From: Paraphysomonas bandaiensis
Taxonomy: Eukaryota; Protista; Chrysophyceae
Direction: 5' to 3'
NCBI GenBank assembly: GCA_965644295.1
Contig: CBFFRP010000001.1
Location: forward strand, 62,001-126,000
Length of the DNA: 64,000 nt
The translations under genes and the position numbers were made by a program. A model generated the notes under the pieces. That model was not told the origin of the DNA, searched no databases, and saw nothing but the letters and a program-made list of their open reading frames with translations. Below, in pieces: positions 42,421 to 53,744 of the stretch (position 1 is the first letter of the stretch; the number at the start of each line of letters is the position of its first letter).

Positions 42421-44769
42421 ATGGATAATGCGGATGGGAAAGTAAACAGCAGTGAAACGCCTGATAAGAAGTATGATGCCAGTGAGACGAAGACAGACAA
42501 TAAGAGTGATAGTAAGCGTGTTGATGAGTTGAAATCAGAGGGAAAACAGGGACAGAATAGTTCAGATTCGAAGCGTATTGATGATGATATTAACTCTCTG
42601 TTTGAGAAAGGTGACACTCCGTGTGTTACATATATGTATATGTGTATAGAGGGATGTATACACGTACATGTATGTCACATATGTATATATACTTATATGG
42701 ATACTGTATAAGATTGATAGATACATATACTGTATATGTATGCTATGTATGGATTATATTATGATGCATATCTCGCAGGAGATGGATCCGAGAACGACAC
42801 GTTATCTAGAAACCACCCTCTTGCTGAATTTTTAAAGGAGAACAAAGGGATGTTAAAGGGATTATCACAAGAGGAATTTAAGGCCAAATATAGCGCCTAT
42901 ATGAAGGATTTGGAAGATAAAAGTAGTGCGCCTGCCAAACCAGAACACAGACGATCAGATTCTGCGGATATAAACAGGGGAATAGCGTCCGTGTTGGCCG
43001 AAGATGAATCTAAAGACTTCCTGGATAAGATCGTTCTGAAGTTTACAACAATGTCCGAGGCCAACTCCGAGGCGCCGTCCTTTACGGTGGGTACAAAGGG
43101 GGCGAAGATTGGGCGAGATCAGAGCAACGAAGTTTGTGTTCCTTCAGATACACGACTCGCCCACGAGGGCCACTCTTTCATTGAGCACTCTGACGGTAGC
43201 TTTTACCTACTTGATGGGGGTTACGACTTCTCGGCTAGCATCCGTATCAGTGTAGGTGTTAAGAAGAAGGAGTGGATTATGATGCCGAAGGCAAGATTTT
43301 CTGCGGGGAATTCAGTTTTCGAGAGCAATGGGCTCACTCCTGAAGGCAATCTTATGCTTGAAGTGATAGAGGGACCTCTAAAGGGTGAGCGTCGGGTTGT
43401 GACGAAAAAAGGGGCGAGTCTCGGTCGATCCTCTGACAACATCATTGCTATTCCAGACCGTGAACTCTCAAGGCGGCATTCTAGAGTAGAATGGGACGAG
43501 AAGTTGGGGGAGTACTGTGTGTGCGATATCGGTAGCACCAACGGTACGTACATGCAGTTGGTGGGCCCATACGCAGGTCGGTATAAGCTCTGTATTAATG
43601 ACCACATACTTGTCGGGCGCACTGGGTTTTCTATCAACAGGTTCGATTACGGTCTGTCTGAGGAAATTGGGCATCGGCAGACTATGGAAGACAGTTGTAC
43701 TATTGTCCAGCACATGGACTTGCCCGGACTCAACATTCAGAATCTTGCGCCACAATCATTCTTTGGAGTGTTCGATGGGCATGGAGGCTCCAATGCTTCG
43801 CTGTACCTCTCCCAAAACCTGCACACAAATGTCGGAGAAGCATTATTATCCCGTAGTGAGGAACTTCGATCGTTAATGACAGACATCGATGCTGGGGACA
43901 ATGACGACACTCACCCACTCAAGGAAAGACTGGACCGCATTGTAATTGATGCACTCGAAACTTCTTTTCTCAAGACGGACCACGAGTTCGTCACCACCTC
44001 GGAGCACGCGCAGAACGGATCCACAGCCACCACTGCTCTCGTTCTGGGCAAGCGACTCTATTGCGCTAATGTCGGTGACTCTCGATCGATGCTTTGCCGA
44101 CGTTTTGCCCCAAAACCAATGTCAGAGGACCACAAGCCAACACGGGAGGATGAGCAAAAGCGCATTAGAGATGCAGGTGGCTTCGTGATAAACAACAGGG
44201 TTATGGGCGAACTCGCGGTGTCACGTGCTTTTGGGGATGCTGAATTCAAGAAAGGAATTCAGGTTTGCGTCGATCATATTTTCGTGTGGTCTTACAATTC
44301 GCGCGTCTATGTTTTCGTAGAGTATCATTGACGAGGAGGGCGTAAAAATGTCAACCACAGGCAGCACAGGTAGTGGGGACGATGGTGAGGGAAAAGATAC
44401 CAAGAACTGGGACCAGCCACTCATCATTGCTAAACCCGATGTAGAGGTATGCAAGGTATTCATTGCTGTTTGTAGCGCTCACTTTGTTGCAGACCACTAC
44501 TCTTACAGACGACGACCAGTTCCTTCTGCTGGCATGTGATGGGTTATTCGACGTTTTTACGGAACAGGAGGTGGTTGACTTTGTAAAGCACAATATGGAA
44601 GAGCATGGTGATGCGCAGAAGTGCTGTGAGGTGGGTTCCTCGGGTATCTCATTTGTCAAATACCCTTACCACTCTTTCCTTGTAGAACATCACGGATGTG
44701 GCAATCAACAAGCGGAACTCTCGAGACAATGTATCAGTTATCCTAATCATCCTCAATAAGTGGTATTAG
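42421..44769 (+). CDS. FHA-FHA-PP2C protein phosphatase; exons ~42421-42610, 42779-44262, 44321-44446, 44493-44630, 44686-44769
   Basis: FHA motifs KIGRDQSN..H and LGRSSDN..LSRRH..DIGSTNGT. PP2C motifs RQTMED, FFGVFDGHGG, ANVGDSR, DHKP, LAVSRAFGD, LLACDGLFD and SRDNVS. Confidence 0.93.
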
Positions 44770-45106
44770 TGATAGATACAGACGGCGTATTCAAGATTTA
44801 ATATACTTGTGAGGTTTGCTGTCTCAGTATTGTGGTAGGATGGTATATTGAAATGTATTTGGGTTCTTCGTAGCAGTGTGACGCACGAATATTGTACTAT
44901 ACGTCAGGGTTATTTTTTCGAAGTAGTTCCACGTGTAGGTTCGTGTTTAACATGGTCGTGAAACCAAAAATAAGAATCTAGTAAAGCAGTATTATATTGA
45001 AGTGGATTTTTTCATACAATAGTCTGACGACATTTTTTTAACCCAAATTGGTAATGAAGAGGTATGAGAGCTCTAATGTAAATACCATGAATGAATAGTT
45101 GCATTA

Positions 45107-45215
45107 AATGTCTAATTATTAGCAATAGGCGATTTGAGAGTCAGAACTAATTTGAGAGTCTCTGATATCCTACTATTTAATGCAACGAAAAAGCCGCTTG
45201 TGCGTCACTGAAAGC
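45107..45215 (-). mobile_element. Dispersed element, partial inverted copy truncated at a hAT-like end
   Basis: ATTATTAGCAATAGG...GAGTCAGAACTA...TCTGATATCCTACTATTTAATGC...GCTTGTGCGTCAC. Confidence 0.8.
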
Positions 45216-46380
45216 CAGGCTTGCGTAACAATTAATAGGTTTCCAAATTATTGGCAATAATCGCCAATTAATTGGATTGGCAATAATCGCCAATTAATTG
45301 GATTGGCAATTAAATTAATTGGTTGTAAAAGAGATAATTTCAATTATTATGCGTAAATGTTGCCAATTAATTGCCATTTAATTGGCTGGCTAAATTATAT
45401 AGAGCATCTTACGATATCTAGCTACTGATCTTAGGTACACACCCATTATATGTTAGCATAGTAGTATGGATGTATGTGCACAGTCACGTTATCATTTTAT
45501 TAATCATAATTAGGGATAGTATACACTTTAACCTCAGCATGCAAGAGAAATATATCATGTTAAAGAATGTTGGCAAAGAACAAACTGAGCACCTCCATAA
45601 CGATCGTCTAGATACATAGCATATAATGTGACAGCATATTCAACTGCTTCGAAATATTCAAGTATAGTAGTGTAAATGTGTAATTGACGTTATAATGAGT
45701 GAGACACTAATAACCACCCTTTTACTCGTTAGTTTCTAACTATATAAGTAGAAAGCTGCAACAATGAAGTTGATCAATGAAGTCGTTGACAGTAGAAAGA
45801 ACTGCAGAAATATCTTCGAATATGAGGAGTTTACACAACCAGGACATAAATGAATCAACGAAAATTAACAAAATTTCATTGATATCTTGCAATTATTTAG
45901 AGTTCAATGTTACAGCTTTAGTTTATAGCTTTGATGAAGATGAAATGTTTCGGATATTCTAATGACTTAACAATTCGTCTTCCTAAATGTATTATAATTC
46001 AAGAACTTTTTGATATTATATAGCATGCTGTGTGTGTGGACAGTACAATCCATCTTTCAAATTCTTACATTTTACTGCGTAGTTTCTTAGTAATTACTAT
46101 CATGTTGTAGGCTCTGTCACTTTCTCCAATATTGCTGTTTTTAGTCCTTTTCTTTGACGCAGTTACTATATATATATTATATAACAACCAATAACACATC
46201 TAATATAACATACATGTACATTATAATATACTAACCTTTTAAGTGCCTCAAGTAACTTGCCACTAGCTTTTTTATACACATGCTGTCAATGGCATATATA
46301 TTTAATTGCAACATATTAAATAATTATTATTGTTCTTGAAAATATTATTATTATTTTTTATTTTTGCTTGCAATATATTG
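45216..46380 (+). mobile_element. Degenerate hAT-like DNA transposon; right boundary uncertain
   Basis: CAGGCTTGCGTAACAA terminus and repeated GCCAATTAATTGG palindromes. The decayed frame LTVERTAEI..SNMR at ~45790 resembles the hAT C-terminal dimerisation region. Confidence 0.45.
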
Positions 46381-46475
46381 TTGACTGGCTCTGCTGCTGT
46401 CCATATCAGAAGTTGACATTATTTGCTAAGGTTTACTATTCTCAATTGATAAGATGAAATTATAAACATTACATG

Positions 46476-48140
46476 TGATAAAGAATCTAAGTTGTATTCG
46501 ATGTGTTCAACACCATTCATTTACTACTATAGTGTACAAACCACACACTCAGTGATCGTATCCTGTATAGTCACCCACTTCTACTTCAGTTTCATACTAC
46601 ACAATAAAATAAATGTACTATTTACATATATATATCTTTGACCCTTGCATCTCACATAATACTGCACTCAATTGCAAGTATATAGAATCTTCAGATCTCA
46701 ACACTCCCCCTCAATTGAGTGTTGTACCATGATGCCTCCTAGCTATTGAATGCCTGCGACAAAAATTCTTGACAGTAAAATAGACTCATCTCTAAGTCTA
46801 AACCTCTGTCTAAAAACACTCAGTACCTACTTGCGTCTTCTTTTATCTCTTGGTCCCTCGCTAATCACTTCAGTGGAACTCTTGATTTTCTCTCCAAGAT
46901 TTCTCTTTTTCTCTGCCCCATGTATGATAAACCAACCAATGACTTTGTATAAATATCTGCTGCTTGTTGCGATGTATGCGCATGTAATCGTATTGAACTG
47001 ATTAGGATCCACATGCTTTCTCACCATGTGATACTTAATCTCAATGTGTTTCGACTTCTTGTGAAACACTAGGTTTTCGGCCAAATCCTGGGCACTCTGA
47101 CTGTCGATGAAGATGGTGTGGGTTTGATGAGCCTCAACTTAATCTCACCCGTCACCCCCCGAACCCATAGCACTTCTTGGAGACCCGATTAAATACACTG
47201 ATACTCAGACTGCATGCTTGACGTTGCCACTGTCGTCTGCAGTTTGGACTGCCAGACTATACAGGCCCTCCCGCTGCAAACCCAACGTACCCCGACGTGG
47301 ACTTCCTGGACAGCTGGTCTCCCGCCCAATCCGCTTCAGTAAACATATGGAAGTCGAACCGTCTACTCCCATATTGAATCTCTTTGTCAAGACACATCCA
47401 GTTGATGAATTACCATGTTCATCACGAAGGCTATATATATGGCGATTAACAGTCGCACTGTTACTCCCTCAACAACGGGAGAGAAACGGTTCGCCCAACC
47501 ACTCGACAGCGGTCCACAACCGATTGCTACAAGACGGACCTCTCCCTCCTTATCGTACTTCTTTTCATTGACGTACTTGGATGCAGTGAGACGACCCCGT
47601 CAGGTATACGAGTCACCTCCATGGTGTCTCGCTTCGCCAGACCCTCTCGCTCTACACGGCGAGCTCGTCTCCACTCCCTGTGCTCGGCACTCTCTTCAAG
47701 GACTCAAGATGTGTCTAAGGCACTGTCGACTCTTCCGTTGACATCCACACTGAGTCTGCCTCCTGTAAAAGGTCACTCACATCACCCTCCTCACTCAAAT
47801 GATGGATTTGTCCTAATACTGACACGTTCGTTACAGTCCTTGGAGTTCTTGCGCGTTTGCCGTTCGGATGATTCTCGGCAGGGGTCCGTTCCCCCGAAGG
47901 TGATGCTGAGTCAGCCTGGGGCTGCACCTGCCCACTTTCCGACTGCTGTGGCACCACTCCGCTGATACCGCCGTCACGGTTGTCAGTAACTCTGGCCCTA
48001 ACCACCCTCTGCGCAAGATCCTCTGTCATCATCTTGATATCAGCAATGTGAAATAGGAGTCCTATCCTCTACTTGAACTTGGCCACCAGTAACCAACGAC
48101 CGGTATCCCACAATAAGCCCCTTCCTTATCACCACTCTGT
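46476..48140 (-). mobile_element. Internally deleted, degenerate Ty1/copia LTR retrotransposon with 3' LTR (~46476-46703)
   Basis: RNase H fragment IFIDSQSAQDLAENLVFHKKSKHIEIKYH. The polypurine tract GAGGGGGGAG is immediately followed by TGTTG, and the putative LTR ends ...TTTATCA. Frameshifted post-integrase remnant GLIVGYRSLV...HIADI. No RT core seen. Confidence 0.85.
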
Positions 48141-48569
48141 TAGTCTTTATCTCTGCTAGTTTGGTGACGAACAATGATAATCTGATTCATGGTTGTGTTC
48201 ATTGTATGTCAGTGAAACTAACGCAGGAATAAACACCAACATCACACACACAAAATATACGAAGAATGGTTTGATTTTCAGCCTTCGATACATCCTGTGT
48301 TGAAACATAAATAATGACTGTCCATAGTATATGCTTTTACATCTCATACAAAGAGTATTTGTCTACAGATCATTGAAACAAGCATTCCAATGAAAGATAT
48401 AAATGAAATATCTATACTTCAAACTTTTTCTTATATTTTTATACTTGCCACCATAAACCATATAACCTAGAATTTCTTAGTCAGTATAAATAGGTACCAT
48501 AGATTTAAAAAATGTCGAATAAATAGATCGAATGGTACCGGGTTACTTCCGAGTACTCACTGACGTTGT

Positions 48570-51500
48570 CTACGCAGCTACATTCGTGACAAGTCGAATG
48601 AACTTTTTCCTTGGAATTGCTTTTAAGAGTGGTGCAAGCTGGTCAATATGCTCTGACTCGATATCTGCTAGATCCGCGCCGGAATAAACTCCCCAGTCTT
48701 CAAGCAATGCCGTCATCGCGGCACGATCGGAAACAAATTTATCGTCACTTAAGATTTCCCATGCTTCTGAGAAACTATTTTTCGAACTGCCTGCGTCGGC
48801 ACTGGGCACATTACCATTTAACAGAGAGGGGTCAGTTTCGCGTACGTCAGTTGGAATCGAGCGAAGAACTTCCACTGCTCGGCCAGCACATTCCGTCACA
48901 ACTCTTTGCGGTGGGATTTCCCATGATGAAAAGTATAAAAACTTTAGCATCGCAGATATTACGTCACAAAGACTCCGCTGCATAAAGTTTTCAGTGGATA
49001 TTGGAATATTACCATCGCAAAGCATTTTAGACGCTAGATCGAGCGTGGCGGCAGGACATAAATCAGGTAGACATGAGAGTATATCTGGGCCAGATATTCT
49101 TTCTATGGTTATTACTTCGTACCCATCTGAATTTTCAGTTTTCACCCTGTTGCCAAACATAAGGGGAAGAATAGCCTGTAACTTTGATTTATCCGAGTGG
49201 TAGCACTCAATGCCAATTATCCACTCCAACAACAAATTATCTACTTTCGCAGGATCATGGGAGAACATACGTTGTAGGCCATCACTCGACACAACTGGCA
49301 GCATGACGGTCGAGTTTATGAGGGCTTTGGCGAAATCCATATCAAACCTCCGTCCTGTTTTCAGCCTCTTTTTGTCCAAAAACACTTCTATTGCCCGGTT
49401 ATCATTACCAACACTATGATTAGTAAACATATCGAACAACACCGATACAAATGTATCGTCATGTAAACCCCATCGATAAGATACGAAAAAATCATATTCC
49501 GATCGGAGATCATATAGTTGCAACCATGGTTCATACAGGCGACGAACGTCTTCATCCGATAGCAACTTTCTTCCCCCAGGTTTGTTTAAAACAGAGCGAC
49601 TAGAAGCCACCTCACGCAATTGATTAAGTGGGATCAAAATACCAGCACTTGCCGTTTCGGAAGATAGAGTTGACACGTCACCTTCGTGGTTCGAAACCGT
49701 GTCACAGTCATAATATAGTGCAGAGAAACAGCGCAAAGACTTCATACATTCCTTCATCACAGCCCGTATTAACTCAATCATTCTATCATGTACTGCCAGA
49801 GGGTTTTTGCCTTCTGCATCTAATCGGATGCAATTCATGTCATCATAGGCAGTCAGACGAAAGCGCTGCCTTCCGAAAGACATAATGGCAACATTACGAT
49901 ACAAACCAACATTCCTGATATTAAACTGCGAATTATGAGAAGTTGCCTGACACCATACTACACTCTTGCCTATGATGCGTTCAAATAAGCCACTCGGAAG
50001 AAAGCCATACGTTTTTAGGTCGCCAGCTGTAATGGTGGTATAAGATTCAAAATCTGAAAATGAGGTGAATACAATGTAACAGCTAGTATACGATGACTGC
50101 GTCCACTGCATGAAATCTGCATCACTAAGATTCGCCAAAGGTAGTAACGCCGGAACCAGGTACTGTTTATTGGCTGACGGTGATTGATCGGAATTTGCTA
50201 CCTGGTCTATGCCTTCGTCGTTGTCAACATTTAGAGGAATTAGCAAACCAAACTTTATCATCAGCTTTAATAGAGTAGGGGATTCCTCAGAGAAGTCCCT
50301 CCAAAGAATAGGCAGCAATTTATCGCTCAACAAACCATTTTGGGACAGCATGAGCCATTCGTTGTAGTGTCGCCTATTGCACTCTTTGTGGACATCAAGG
50401 ACATGATGTGTAGGGTCATTGAGATCAGGTATATGTTTGCATATAATATGGGTCGCAGGAGTTACTAAGTATGACACCGCATCAAGAATGACAACTTCTC
50501 CTAACCCTGGCTCATCGTGCCACAAAACCATACCCATTTCATGCAGAAACAGAAGAAAGTAGCGAACATCATACCCCGTAATGCCACTTTCCGCTGCCAG
50601 CTGTGCAACAGTGTCGAGGGACAGACATGATTTCTTTTGGGCTTGTATAGCATCCAGCGTTTTTAGCCACTTCAATGGGACTAATTTGTGTGTGCAGAAA
50701 TCGTCGTCCATCGCCTTCTCCGCTACTGTGAGAAGTCTCTTTACTGTAGGATCATCGCGTCCTTGAGTATTGTCCACAGGAAAAAACCAGAATGTCGTTG
50801 TGCCCCTAGTCCCCTGTCCCTCTGTATTCTCGAGCACAGAGGGCCAAGCCTTGCATCGCGCGAATTCCTCAAACAGCATTGTGGATATCTTTTCGTGGTC
50901 TCCTGGATCCTTGATAATATCTTTACGAGTTCCTACAAGGGCAATAGGAGCAGTTGTACCCAAGTTAGAATCAAAGGTATGCACGATTATAGAGTTTATC
51001 CAGAATTTCAAATACGCCAGACACTGTAACTTGATATCTTCGGTGGATAAAAGCCACTCCATATTAAAGACTAACAGGTACACACCATTATGGGTCAAAA
51101 ATAGATGATGAATAACGTTGAATATGCTCTGACCGCCGTAATCAAAAACTGATATGATCAAGCTGGACTCCTCTGATGTAAAATCTGAGAGAAGTTTCAT
51201 AACTAGCTCCGCATTGAGTCCGTCATTCAGACCAGTCTCCACCACTCCAGCCCCAGCATTTCCGTCGTCCTTAGCTGGTTTCCCTTGCTCAACTGCGCGA
51301 ACAGCAACTGCTGATGGAGGTTCAACCAGCAAATCCGTATCCTGTTCCTCTTCAACAGTTTCACGCTCAAAATGTGCGGGCAACTGCTCTGTAGTGTTTG
51401 CATCTGTGGCACTCGCAAGTAACACCTCTGATTCCTTCTCAGCCTTTTTCTGTTGCTCTTCCATTCGACGCTGTGACGCCACTAGAGCAGCGATTGCAGC

Positions 51501-53201
51501 CTCTAGCTCTTTCTCCGGTTTTTGGTAAGCATCCCACGAACCTTGACCACCCCGACTGGCGTAACTGACATCGCACGTGAGTTGGTTAATCCCAATCGTA
51601 GATTCAGTTTGTTGAAAAGATTTCCCTACGATGCTGTTGGCGAGAGCAGTTTTCCCAGCCCGCCCTTCCCCCACAATCATGATTCTACTACGACCCCACT
51701 CTTTACTGCCTTGCTGAAGGGCTGCCTGAATAGGATCTACACCAGCTGCTGAACTGCTCAATCCATCGTCAACTACATTGACATGTATGAGAAATAAGAT
51801 CACATAGATGCACTAATACTCACACTTGATATCAAAGTTAAAGGTAGGATCTATTTCCTTCATAGCCTGACGTGCTGCCAGATGGAATGCGCCCTCGACA
51901 TTCACACCTCTCTTAGAAGAGACCTCTACGAAGGGACACGAAAGCTCTTCGGCAAGATCCTACGAATCATAAGGGCAACAGAGAGTGATTAAAGCTATTG
52001 TTTAATACCTTTCCTTCTTGTGTAGACACTGAACGGTCAGACAAGTCACTCTTAAGTCCAACCAGGACAGTTGCACAGTTGGATGCCGCATACCTATACA
52101 GCAGTTAGTACCTATCAATACAAACACATCGACTGACTTTTCTTTTTCTTCCTTCCATGTTGACTTTACATTATCAAATGAGGAACGATCAGTGACACTA
52201 TAAGTCATTATGATCGCATGGGCTCCTTTGTATACAGCTGAAGTTGTCGCTCTAAAGTTCTCAGCCCCTGCTGTGTCCCACTGACACAGGATGTTATACA
52301 GCTATCAGTATATTAACTTTCATATACTCACAATCTGAAGTTTGAAGTTTTTGTTGCTTAAAGACACTCTTTTCACTTTCTGTTGGACAGTAGGAGCAGC
52401 AGATACATGAGAATAGAGTAGGAGTTAGTGTGAGAGGTACGTACAAAGTCAACCCCAATAGTCGTGACCCAGTTATCATCGAAGGCATTATCATTGTATT
52501 TATTCAGTAGGCATGTTTTTCCAACACCAGAATCACCGATCAATATGATCTTCAGTAGTTTCTCCTCATTGCTGTATGATAATATTACAAGTATGCAGTA
52601 ATCCGCATGTGCTAACTATGATATGATACACAGTCAGTGGGGATATGTACGTATCTATCCATATACACATATGATGTATGTACGTGGCATCATATGAGAT
52701 CAACTGTATTATACTATACATAAATACCATATACATATCATAGTGTATACACGATACTATGGGTGGTGTATTACCCGTCATCTGCTACTGGCACCAACAA
52801 CGGCTGTGGAGCACGGGACCTACCAGACGTCTTTTTACTACACATACCATATACATATCAAAGGTATACACGATACTATGGGTGTGTTACCCGTCATCTG
52901 CTGTTGGTACCAACAACGGCTCTGGAGCACGGGACCTGCCAGACGTCTTTATACTACACACACACATACCATATACATATCATAGTGTATACACGATACT
53001 ATTGGTGTTACCCGTCATCTGCTACTGGCACCAACAACGGCTCTGGAGCACGAGACCTACCAGATGTCTTTATACTACACATATAACCATATCAAAGGTA
53101 TACACGATACTATGGGTGTGTTACCCGTCATCTGCTGTTGGCACCAACAACGGCTCTGGAGCACGGGACCTGCCAGACTTCTTCTTCTTCGCTTTCGACA
53201 T
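48570..53201 (-). CDS. Rab-like GTPase fused to Roc-COR, TIR and a C-terminal SAM-like domain; 7 exons, the last 51772-48570
   Basis: Exon 1 [10 protein letters not shown]. Rab motifs [30 protein letters not shown] and EVSSK. A 51-nt intron (51823-51773) joins in frame to Roc motifs [19 protein letters not shown] and VGTRKD, then COR ([18 protein letters not shown]) and TIR (FFVSYRW, VFLD, LLEW). Confidence 0.8.
52726..53180. repeat. ~118-bp tandem repeat x4 (ABAB) in intron 1 of the Rab-Roco gene
   Basis: Core TATACACGATACTAT...TTACCCGTCATCTGCT...CCAACAACGGCT(C/G)TGGAGCACG(G/A)GACCT(A/G)CCAGA occurs four times. Confidence 0.95.
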
Positions 53202-53744
53202 AGCTTACGAGCAACTATCTATACAATGAATTCGATTGACTGCGAACGACTGGCGTACTTCAGCGTGAGGTGTGTGTCAGGTGTGTGTATCATCTCGTGA
53301 TAGATACTCCTGCGCGCAGATGTGCAGCAGCTGCTCCTGCGTACGCACACATACATATTCATAATACGTTATACAGTCTAGACGTTATACAGCAAAGTCT
53401 GGAAGAAGTTGTATAAGATATACAGTGGTATACCATATATACGGCCTGTATATACAAGCATGCTGCTGTAGAGCACAGAGGTATGCAGCATACAAAGAGG
53501 CAGTGTACTATATGGAATACAGTGTACCGGTATACCGGTATTGCGGTACAGCAAAACTCTGTGTGTATCCAAGTACACTACGTACCCCTCTAACATACAC
53601 TCAGATGCATCGATCCACATACATACATGCATATATTGCTGCTGGCTGATCATAGACACGAACCCACTGTCACAATAGCAATATCTAACCTGTTGCTACA
53701 TAAACCACCCCTCATTTGCAATAATATCAAGAGATTTAACTGGA

